A stretch of DNA of 64,000 nt from Candidatus Multivorans sp. GTDB taxonomy: Bacteria; Acidobacteriota; Thermoanaerobaculia; Multivoradales; Multivoraceae. The notes beneath the pieces were generated by a model. It saw nothing but the letters and a program-made list of their open reading frames with translations, did not search any database and was not told the origin of the DNA. Made by a program: the position numbers and the translations under genes. The stretch covers positions 3,520,001 to 3,584,000 of the forward strand of contig OZ251997.1 of the NCBI GenBank assembly GCA_965247095.1, written 5' to 3'. Of the stretch, positions 16,619 through 24,723 are shown in pieces (the first letter of the stretch is position 1; each line of letters opens with the position of its first letter).

Positions 16619-19600
16619 ATGGCGAGACAGGAGGAGCCCAGGGCCGTCGGCGAACACATCAGGCGCAGGGTCATCCCGGTGGGGATGACGGTTACAGAGG
16701 CCGCCAAGAGACTGGGAGTGAGTCGGGTCGCGCTGTCCAACCTCCTTAACGACAGGGCCTCACTCTCGCAGCAAATGGCGCTTCGTCTGAAGACGGCCTT
16801 CGGTGCCGACCCGGAGGAGATCTTCCGAGTTCAGGCCGAGTCACAGAGCGGTCGGCGCCGCGAGGAGGAGCGGGCGATGGCCGTTCGGACCTACGTGCCG
16901 CCGTTTCTCACGATCAAGGCATCTCAGATAGACGCCTGGGCGGACCAGAGCGAGGAGGCACGGAGCCGCTTGCCGGTTCTGGTGCGGAGGTTGATTCGGT
17001 CGACAGGGCGAGACCTGCGCCAGTTGGACTTCCCGGGATACGGCGAAGGGCAGCGCCCGGGTTGGGACGGTCGGGTGGAGACCGGAGCCACCACACCTTG
17101 GATACCAGCGGGGGACTCCGGTTGGGAGTTGAGTACGTCCAGGGAACCGGCGCGCAAGGCCGACTCCGATTTCAAGAACCGGCTGGTTCTACCGGCGGAG
17201 GAGCGAGAAGAGACTACGTTCGTCTTCGTCTCGTCGCGCTGTTGGCCGAAGAAGAACCAGTGGGCAGAGCAGCGAAGGGCAGAGGGCCGTTGGAAGGACG
17301 TGCGGGCCCTGGATGCGAACGATCTCGAGCAGTGGCTGGAGGCGTCGATCGAGGGCCAGATCTGGCTTGCAGAGCAACTCAATCTACCTTCTCTCGAGGA
17401 TTGCGTGACCCTTGACCGAGCCTGGGAGCGATGGGCCGAGGTCAGCGCGCCGCCGATGCCGGAGGACATCTTCCGACCTTCGGTCGCTGGACATCTTGAG
17501 AAGCTCACCACTTGGCTGAAGGTAGCCAATCCGGAGCGCCCGTTCACTCTCGCGGCGGACTCGAAGGACGAGGCTCTTGCCTTCCTGGCATGCCTGTCCC
17601 GAGAAGAGCAAATTCCGGAGGAGTTCCGGGACCGCGCGGTCGTTATCAACTCGGCGAAGACCCTCCGAACCCTGGCCCAATCGACGTCGTCGTTCATCCC
17701 AATAGTCGGCGACGAAGAGACTGAGGGCGAACTCGCCCACTGGCGACATCACAGCATCGTCTGGCGGCCGCGCAATGCTGTAGGGGAACCCGATATGTCG
17801 CTCGGACCTCTGGGTTACGAGGCGTTCGAGAAATCCCTAACCGCCATGGGGTTTGAACGAAGGGACATCCATCGGTTGGCCCGGGAGTCGGGCCGATCGC
17901 CGACCATCTTGCGGCGCCGCCTCTCGGAGAACGACGCGATCAAGAGGCCGCGTTGGGCAAGGAAGAGTGAGATCGCACGGAAGTTGGTTCCGATGGCCCT
18001 CGTCGGGGCGTGGAAGGCCGATTCGAGAGCGGATTCGAAGGCCGATCGCGAGGTTCTCTCCACGTTGAGTAATCGCCCGTTCAGCGAGTTTGACGAGGAT
18101 GTCGTCGACTTGCTTCGGTTGGAAGACAGCCCCGTGTGGCTTGTCGGTAGACATGGTGGCGTCGTCTCGCAGATTGATGCGCTGTTTGCCGTTGGTCTGT
18201 ACGTGACGACTGCGGACCTGGACCTCTTCTTCGACCGAGCCGAGTTCGTGCTCTCGGAGCCCGACCCGGCCTTGGAGTTGGCAAGCGGCGAGAGATGGGC
18301 GGCAGCCGTCCACGGCAAAGTACGCCGCCACTCGGACTCATTGCGAGCCGGTGTATGCGAGACGCTCGTCCTGCTGGCAGTACATGGCAACACCCTGTTC
18401 CGAGGCGGGCTCGGAATCGACTTGGAAGCCCGCGTCGGCGATCTCGTCGGGCGACTCCTGACGCCGGAAGGAGGCGGGGCGCCGCTGAGCGCTGAGACGC
18501 TGATGTCCTATGACCGGGACCTCCCGAGGCTTGCCGAAGCTGCTCCGGACCAGTTCCTGCGGCTTCTGGAGGCGGACCTCCTGCGAGGGGACTCGGCCTT
18601 GTTCGAGCTCTTGGAGCCAGTCGCCCCGAGCATCTTCGCCGGTTGCCCACGGACCGGCCTTCTGTGGGCCCTGGAGTGCCTGGCGTGGAATCCGTCGAAC
18701 CTCCCGCGGGTCGCTCTGATTCTCGGCCAACTATCGACAAAGCCGATTGACGACAACTGGGTCAACCGGCCGATCAACAGTCTGGAGGCGATCTTCCGAT
18801 CCTGGATGCCGCAGACGGCGGCGTCCCCTAGTGCTCGGTTTCAGGCGCTTGAGCTGCTGTGCAGCCGCATCCCGGAAGTGGGTTGGCAAATCTGCATGGA
18901 GCAGCTCCGGCGCGGTCCGCGGACGGGGACTTACAGCCAGCAGCCGAGGTGGCGTGGCGATGCCGCGGACGCCGGAGACCCGGTTTCTCACGACGATCGG
19001 CGGGAGTTCGATCGCAGAACGCTTGAGTTGGCGCTGGAATGGCCGCGCCCGCGTGACGCCGACAAGCTCGGGGATTTGATCGACCTCCTCAGCGACATGT
19101 CCGACGAGAACCAGGGTCGGGTGTGGGCACTCATCGAAGAGTGGTTGAAACGTGAGCCGGGAGAGGAACAGAAGGCTGTCCTACGTGAGCGCCTCCGGCG
19201 CTTCGGCTACACCAGCGTCCGGCCCGCCTTCGCGGTCGAGCCCGCATTGACCGCGAGGGCGCAGGCGCTGTACGACCGCTTGGCGCCGGAAGATCCGGCG
19301 AGCCGCCACGCGTGGCTTTTCGCCGATCATTGGATTCACGAATGGCCCGAGGACTTCGATGACGCGATGGACTTCTCTGAGCGTGAGGAACGCATCAGGA
19401 ATCGGCGCACCGAGGCGATGACCGAGATCTGGTCGACTGAGGGCCTGAGAGGTGCCCTATCGCTCCTTCCCTCAAGCAACGCTGCCGACACGGTAGGCAT
19501 CTTCGCCTCGCGTTGCGTGCCCGGCCAGCACGCTCGGGCCGAAGTTCTCCGGGCCTGCCTTTCGGGTGACTTGCCTGCCGAGCTTGAGTTGGACGAGGCC

Positions 19601-20737
19601 AAGGTGGATGGATTCCTAGGAGGGTTCATCGGGGCAGTGGGAGAGGACTCGCGAGAGGAGTTGCTTCGCGGCCTTGCAGAGGAACTGCCTCGGGAACAGA
19701 TAGCTCGCCTCCTTCTTTGCGCTCCGTTCGGTCGGCAGACGTGGGGAATTCTGGAGCAGCAGGAGCGTGATGTTCGGGAAAGGTACTGGCGTGAAGTGAG
19801 TCCGCTACCTGGAACGGGAGTCACTGCGGACGAAGTCACCGCATTGACAGACCGCTTGCTCGACGCCGGTCGGCCCCGTGCCGCGTTCAATGCGCTTCAC
19901 CTGGCTTGGGACGGGGTCGAGACATCGCGGCTAAGGCGCCTGCTGAACGGGATCGTTGCCGGCAGTCCTGAGCCGGATGGCAGCATCAAGCTCGGCGCGT
20001 ATGACGTTTGCAGGGCGATCGAGTCCCTGAGCAAGAGGGCAGGGGTAGCCCGCGATGAGATGGCGGACTTGGAGTTCGTTTGCTCCGACCTGTTGGAGTT
20101 CGACGACTATGGCGTGCCGAACCTCGAGCGCCGAATCGCTGAAGACCCGAGCTACTTTGTTTGGCTTGTGGCGCTCGTCTACAAGCGGAAGGACGGCCGC
20201 GTGGATCCCGACGGATGGCCGGTGTCGAACCCGAAGAACAAGGCGTACTTCGGCAAGCTGGCTTTCTCCGTGCTTCTCAAAGTAGCGCGAATCCCGGGAA
20301 CAGAGGCCGGTGAAAGCGAGATCGATGCTAAAGCTCTCCGAGGCTGGGTGTCCGAAGTGAGACGACAGAGCACCGAGTGTGGTCGGGTCGAAGCTGCCGA
20401 CATTTGCATTGGCCAGCTTTTCGCCCAGAAGCCACCTGAGAACGGAAGCTCATGGCCTAGTCGCCCCATCTGCGAGGCCATGGAAGCTGTTGCGACGGAG
20501 AGCATTGCCAGTGGTTTCTATTCGGGCGTTGCCGACTCCCGCGGTGCCGTGATGCGCGCCGAAGGTGGCGGCCAGGAACGAGAACTGGCAGCCAAGTACC
20601 GAGCGTGGGCGGAACCTCTCTACTTCGAGTTCCCTTTCGTCGCGAGCCAAGTGCTGGAGCGAATCGCCAAGTCCTACGACCAGGAGGCGGCGTACTGGGA
20701 CTCGGAGGCGGAACTGGAGAAGCGGCTGGAGGACTGA
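16619..20737 (+). CDS. 1372-aa HigA/XRE-HTH fusion with a putative restriction-endonuclease-like domain and long helical C-terminus (candidate defence protein)
   Basis: N-terminal HigA-like TVTEAAKRLGVSRVALSNLLN...MALRL; then GWDGRV...GWELS (PD-(D/E)xK-like spacing); no intact Walker A seen. Confidence 0.75.
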   Translation: MARQEEPRAVGEHIRRRVIPVGMTVTEAAKRLGVSRVALSNLLNDRASLSQQMALRLKTAFGADPEEIFRVQAESQSGRRREEERAMAVRTYVPPFLTIKASQIDAWADQSEEARSRLPVLVRRLIRSTGRDLRQLDFPGYGEGQRPGWDGRVETGATTPWIPAGDSGWELSTSREPARKADSDFKNRLVLPAEEREETTFVFVSSRCWPKKNQWAEQRRAEGRWKDVRALDANDLEQWLEASIEGQIWLAEQLNLPSLEDCVTLDRAWERWAEVSAPPMPEDIFRPSVAGHLEKLTTWLKVANPERPFTLAADSKDEALAFLACLSREEQIPEEFRDRAVVINSAKTLRTLAQSTSSFIPIVGDEETEGELAHWRHHSIVWRPRNAVGEPDMSLGPLGYEAFEKSLTAMGFERRDIHRLARESGRSPTILRRRLSENDAIKRPRWARKSEIARKLVPMALVGAWKADSRADSKADREVLSTLSNRPFSEFDEDVVDLLRLEDSPVWLVGRHGGVVSQIDALFAVGLYVTTADLDLFFDRAEFVLSEPDPALELASGERWAAAVHGKVRRHSDSLRAGVCETLVLLAVHGNTLFRGGLGIDLEARVGDLVGRLLTPEGGGAPLSAETLMSYDRDLPRLAEAAPDQFLRLLEADLLRGDSALFELLEPVAPSIFAGCPRTGLLWALECLAWNPSNLPRVALILGQLSTKPIDDNWVNRPINSLEAIFRSWMPQTAASPSARFQALELLCSRIPEVGWQICMEQLRRGPRTGTYSQQPRWRGDAADAGDPVSHDDRREFDRRTLELALEWPRPRDADKLGDLIDLLSDMSDENQGRVWALIEEWLKREPGEEQKAVLRERLRRFGYTSVRPAFAVEPALTARAQALYDRLAPEDPASRHAWLFADHWIHEWPEDFDDAMDFSEREERIRNRRTEAMTEIWSTEGLRGALSLLPSSNAADTVGIFASRCVPGQHARAEVLRACLSGDLPAELELDEAKVDGFLGGFIGAVGEDSREELLRGLAEELPREQIARLLLCAPFGRQTWGILEQQERDVRERYWREVSPLPGTGVTADEVTALTDRLLDAGRPRAAFNALHLAWDGVETSRLRRLLNGIVAGSPEPDGSIKLGAYDVCRAIESLSKRAGVARDEMADLEFVCSDLLEFDDYGVPNLERRIAEDPSYFVWLVALVYKRKDGRVDPDGWPVSNPKNKAYFGKLAFSVLLKVARIPGTEAGESEIDAKALRGWVSEVRRQSTECGRVEAADICIGQLFAQKPPENGSSWPSRPICEAMEAVATESIASGFYSGVADSRGAVMRAEGGGQERELAAKYRAWAEPLYFEFPFVASQVLERIAKSYDQEAAYWDSEAELEKRLED

Positions 20738-20846
20738 ACCCGTGGGTCTGGGCTCGCTGCTTCGCGGCATCGCATTTGATGCCGGCGCACCGCCAGTTGT
20801 GCACACAACGACACGCCTGGCGTTGGCCGGTGCTACCGAAAGCGCG

Positions 20847-20976
20847 TTACTTCTTCTTCGGAGGCGGCGGAGGCCTGGCAGGCTTGATCTTCGCCGGTCT
20901 CGTCGGCTTCCCCGAGGGAGCCTTGCAGCAGCTCGTCGCGGCCTTCGCCAGCTCTCTTAGGCTTCTTGGATGGCAT
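20847..20976 (-). pseudogene. Small Lys/Pro-rich peptide ORF with a probable +1 frameshift
   Basis: RBS GGAGGG + ATG 20976 (MPSKKPKRAGEGRDELLQGSLG). Removing one G from a GGGG run gives KPTRPAKIKPARPPPPPKKK-stop at 20847. Confidence 0.35.
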
Positions 20977-21481
20977 ACCTGCCCTCCAGTAGCTGGTTGG
21001 CTTCCACGGTGGACCGCTCGTTCAGCCGCTGATTGGTCCGGAGGTCCACGTCGCCGGCTCGGCCGGTTGTACTCCCAATGTTGTCGGCCAGTTCCTTGAG
21101 CCGGGAGATGACCTCCTGCTCGCCGATCTCCTGCTCGTTGATCTCCTGCCACAGACGGCTGTAGTCGTCGGAGAGTCCCGCACAGGCCTGGCTGATGGCG
21201 AAGGATATGGCGGCTTTCCTGGCGTGGTCGCCCAGGAAGTCGACGGCTAGCAGGATTGCGGCGACCGCGCTGACACTCCAGATCACCCAGCCGGGGGCAT
21301 CCTGCAGTGCGCCAATGACGTTGCCCGAGACGGACAGAAAGATGAGAAGCCGGACGACTTGCCTCAGGAGTTGATAACGGTCGTAGAGCTTGTAGTAGTA
21401 GCGCTCTAGCCGGACCGCCTCAAGTTAGTCCAGCCACGCCTCGTTCCGCCGCGACTCACTGACTTCTGCTGTGGGCGCCAT
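20957..21481 (-). pseudogene. SLATT-like 2-TM protein with an in-frame TAA at codon 19
   Basis: RBS GGAGAG, ATG 21481 MAPTAEVSESRRNEAWLD*LEAVRLERYYYKLYDRYQ, then two TM helices; same frame as track ORF 20957-21286; stop at 21425-21427. Confidence 0.65.
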
Positions 21482-21562
21482 GGTGCTCTCCGTTGGGGCT
21501 GTCTTGTCCACATCCGTAGATCTGTCGTCGGTAGAGGATCCTAACAGCGGGTGTTGATGGCC

Positions 21563-22156
21563 TCACCCTCGCCGGAACGCCCTCACGTCACTGCCCGCCC
21601 CCTCGAACAACTGCCGCACCGTCGGCAACGGCAGGCCGACGACGTTGCTGTAGTTGCCGTCGATTTCGCTGACGAAGAGGGCGCCCAGGCCCTGGACGGC
21701 GTAGGCGCCGGCCTTGTCGTCGGGCTCGCCGGTGGCGGCGTACCAGTCGATCTGCTCGGGGGTCAGTTCGGCGAACAGGACGCGGGTGCTCTCGACGGCG
21801 TGCAGGGTGTCGCCGGCGGGGGGCTTGAGGGCGACGCCGGTGAGCACCAGGTGCCAGCGGCCCTGGAGCCGCTCCAGCATGTGGCGGGCTTGGTTGCGGT
21901 CGGCGGGTTTGCCCAGCACTTCGCGGTCAATCACCACGATGGTGTCGGCGGCCAGGACCCACTCGCCGTCCTGGGCACCGGCGTCGGCCTTCTCGCGGGC
22001 GAGGCGGCGCACGAGGTCGCGGGGCCGCTCGCCGTGACCGGGCGTTTCGTCGACGGTGGCGGGGCGTACCGTGAAGTCGAGGTCGAGGGACTCCAGGAGC
22101 TCGCGGCGGCGCGGGGAGGCGGAGGCGAGGACGAGGGGGCCGGGCGCCCTGCTCAC
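21563..22156 (-). CDS. maf: Maf-family nucleoside triphosphate pyrophosphatase
   Basis: LVLASASPRRRELL, AADTIV, GKP, DKAGAYAVQG, NVVGLP. Confidence 0.93.
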   Translation of the reverse strand: MSRAPGPLVLASASPRRRELLESLDLDFTVRPATVDETPGHGERPRDLVRRLAREKADAGAQDGEWVLAADTIVVIDREVLGKPADRNQARHMLERLQGRWHLVLTGVALKPPAGDTLHAVESTRVLFAELTPEQIDWYAATGEPDDKAGAYAVQGLGALFVSEIDGNYSNVVGLPLPTVRQLFEGAGSDVRAFRRG

Positions 22157-24723
22157 TGGAAGTAGCCCGGGATGGTCTGGACCTTCGGGCCGCGTTTGCC
22201 GCCGGCGCGGGGGTTGGCGAGCTTCACGTCGACCTTGCGGAAGGTGTCGGGTTCGCCTTCGGGGGACTCGAACACGAGCAGGTACTGGGAGCGGACTTCG
22301 GTCTCGATCCGTTCGTAGACGCGCGGCAACTCGGCGGCCGAGGAAATGAAGAAGCAGCGGCCGCCGGTCTCGTTGCAGAGCTGCTGCAGCCGGCCGCGGA
22401 ACAGCAGCTCGCGCGAGTCGATGTCGATGCCGATGCTGTAGATCGCCACCTGGGAACGGCGAGCGAACTCCAGCACGTCTTCGAAGCGGTACTTGCTGCT
22501 CGAGTCTCCGCCGTCGGTGAGCAGGATCAGGGCCCGCTTACCGCGCAGGCCGCCGAAGTAGTAGAGGGCGTAGAGGATGCTGTCGTAAAGCGCGGTCTCG
22601 CCTTCCGCGACGAGGTCGGCGAGACCACCGGCGAGGGTCTCGCTCGAGCCCGTGAAGCCGACGGCCAGCTCGGGCCGGTCGTTGAAGGTAATCAGGCAGG
22701 CGCGGTCCTGCGGACCGAGGACGAGTTCGAAGAAGTGGAGCGCCGCCTCCTCGGCCGCGTCGAGGCGGTCGATCATGGAGGTCGAGGTGTCGAAGAGGAT
22801 GCCGGCGTGGACGGGCAGGTTGGCGGCGTTGTCGAATCGCTGCAGTTCCTGCCGCTCTCCGTCGACGAGGACCTCGAAGTCCTCGCTGCCAAGCCCCCGA
22901 ACCGGATCGCCGGAACGGTCGGTGATGGAGACGTAGAGCTCGATCAGGGCGACCTCGACCTCCTCCACCAGGTTGCGGGAGTTGACGAAGACCACGTCCT
23001 CGGCCCAGGCGCCGCTCGCGAGGTGCGCCACGGCCCGAACGTAGGAGAGGGCCTCGCCGGGATCGATCTGGATCGGTTGCTCGAAGGGCGGCTGGTAGAG
23101 CGTCGCGGTGCGGGTGTCGTTGAGGAAGAACTCGACCCGGTCCAGCCGCTCGTGGCGTGGCGCCTCGACCTCGGCGACCGCGCGCACGCTCCGGGTGTGG
23201 GCGGCGCCGCGTTGGGGCGAGGTGAGGCGGACGGTGAAGCGGTGCGGACCCGAGTTGAGGATCACCTGGTCCGTGGCCAGGACGCTGCCCTGCCCATCGT
23301 AGGCGTCGACTCGCAGGGTGTGGGCCCGCGGCGCAGGCCCGATGTCGATCTCGACCTCGTAGGGTGGCCGCCGCTTGCTGAGCAGTTCGCGACCGTCGAT
23401 CGAGAAGGCCAGGTGATGGATATTCGAACCCTCGGCGTCGGCGCCGAGCCGAACCCGACCCGTGAGCAGACGTTCGGGCAGGGGGAGGATGCGTACCGTG
23501 TGGTCGTCCGACTCGACCTCGTGGGGGCCGGCCGTGTTCGTTTCGGCCAGCCAGTCCGGCAGGATGGCCGGGGCGGCTGCTGCCGCTGCCGCTGCCGCTG
23601 CCGCCGGCGCTGCCCCTGCCGCCGGCGTCCGCGGCACGAGCGGGACGTCGATGTCGGCGTCGGCGGCGAAGTAGAACCCGGTGTCCAGGTCGCGCACCTT
23701 GACCACCAGGCGATAGGCGCCCGGGCGCAGGTAGCGCTGCATGACCAGGGGAACCGCTCCGCCGTCGCCGGCGCCGGCCCGGTTCTGGGTCCGCGGCTCG
23801 AAGCGGTAGCGGAAGTTCTCGAACAGTTCGCCCTGCCGCAGCACCTCGCCGTCGAGCACGAAGCGCCTGCGGCCCTTCTCGGCCGCAGGCAACAGGGCCG
23901 GATCGATGCCGACGATCGCCTGGACCACGGTCCGGCTGCCTCTGCGGCCCGGGAACCGCATCGCGATCTCGGCCGGTAGCTGCAGGGCGCCGGCGGGCGC
24001 CTCCGTGCTGCGGTCGAGGAAGGCAAGCGCCCATTCGTCGTTCGCCTTCCCGGGCTCGGGTTCGCCGCCCATCGCCTCCCAGTCGAGCGCCAGCCCCAGC
24101 GCGGTCAGCACGTCGCCGCCACGCGCGCACTGGCGGCCGATCTCCGCGATCTGCGACGCGCGATCGGCCACGAGACCGGTGAAGGCGACGATGCCGGACA
24201 GCCCGTCGGCCGCCGTCCACAGCCGGTAGCCGCCGCCCTGGCGCAGGAAGACGAGGTAGAATTCGCCGCGCACGACCGGGCTGTGCGGGTAGTGCCAGAT
24301 CTCGAGCGTGCGGAGCAGCCGGCAGGTGGTGCGAATCGTGCGCTGCGGCGCCCCGTGCAGCAGCAGCGCCTCGAAACGGGCGCCTCGGTCGCCGCCGAAG
24401 CGCTCTTCGGCCGTCTCGCGGGCGCGGTCGAAACGCTCCCGGAACTCGTTCTGCGGCGTCTCGGGATAGGGGTCGCGAACGCTCCAGAAGCGCTTGACGA
24501 AGGCGTCGCGCTGGTAGTCGTGCCGCAGCTCGCCGAACACGCGACGCTCGGTGTCGGTCAGGATCGCAGAGGCGGCGTCGAGGAACTCGGCGTGGCGCCG
24601 GTCGAGGGTGGCGGTGGCTGCCTCCTGGGCAAGGGCGGCGGTGGCAGCGAGGCAGAGGGTGAGACTCGCGCACGCCGCTGCCTGCAGTGGCGCCGCTGCT
24701 GCAGCCCGCATCCGGCGCTTCAC
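22153..24723 (-). CDS. Secreted GWxTD-like + Ig-like + VWA domain protein
   Basis: Signal peptide; FWSVRDPYPETPQNEF; EIWHY; VWA MIDAS DTSTSM, TALYDS, LLTDGGD. Confidence 0.85.
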   Translation of the reverse strand: MKRRMRAAAAAPLQAAACASLTLCLAATAALAQEAATATLDRRHAEFLDAASAILTDTERRVFGELRHDYQRDAFVKRFWSVRDPYPETPQNEFRERFDRARETAEERFGGDRGARFEALLLHGAPQRTIRTTCRLLRTLEIWHYPHSPVVRGEFYLVFLRQGGGYRLWTAADGLSGIVAFTGLVADRASQIAEIGRQCARGGDVLTALGLALDWEAMGGEPEPGKANDEWALAFLDRSTEAPAGALQLPAEIAMRFPGRRGSRTVVQAIVGIDPALLPAAEKGRRRFVLDGEVLRQGELFENFRYRFEPRTQNRAGAGDGGAVPLVMQRYLRPGAYRLVVKVRDLDTGFYFAADADIDVPLVPRTPAAGAAPAAAAAAAAAAAPAILPDWLAETNTAGPHEVESDDHTVRILPLPERLLTGRVRLGADAEGSNIHHLAFSIDGRELLSKRRPPYEVEIDIGPAPRAHTLRVDAYDGQGSVLATDQVILNSGPHRFTVRLTSPQRGAAHTRSVRAVAEVEAPRHERLDRVEFFLNDTRTATLYQPPFEQPIQIDPGEALSYVRAVAHLASGAWAEDVVFVNSRNLVEEVEVALIELYVSITDRSGDPVRGLGSEDFEVLVDGERQELQRFDNAANLPVHAGILFDTSTSMIDRLDAAEEAALHFFELVLGPQDRACLITFNDRPELAVGFTGSSETLAGGLADLVAEGETALYDSILYALYYFGGLRGKRALILLTDGGDSSSKYRFEDVLEFARRSQVAIYSIGIDIDSRELLFRGRLQQLCNETGGRCFFISSAAELPRVYERIETEVRSQYLLVFESPEGEPDTFRKVDVKLANPRAGGKRGPKVQTIPGYFQ

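Noticed and set aside
14463-21550. Integron cassette array
   Set aside because: No integron integrase; the ...CTAAC sites do not form recognisable attC inverted structures, and gene orientations are mixed.
23575-23625. GCC/GCT trinucleotide-like repeat
   Set aside because: Encodes an ordinary poly-Ala linker in the GWxTD-VWA protein.
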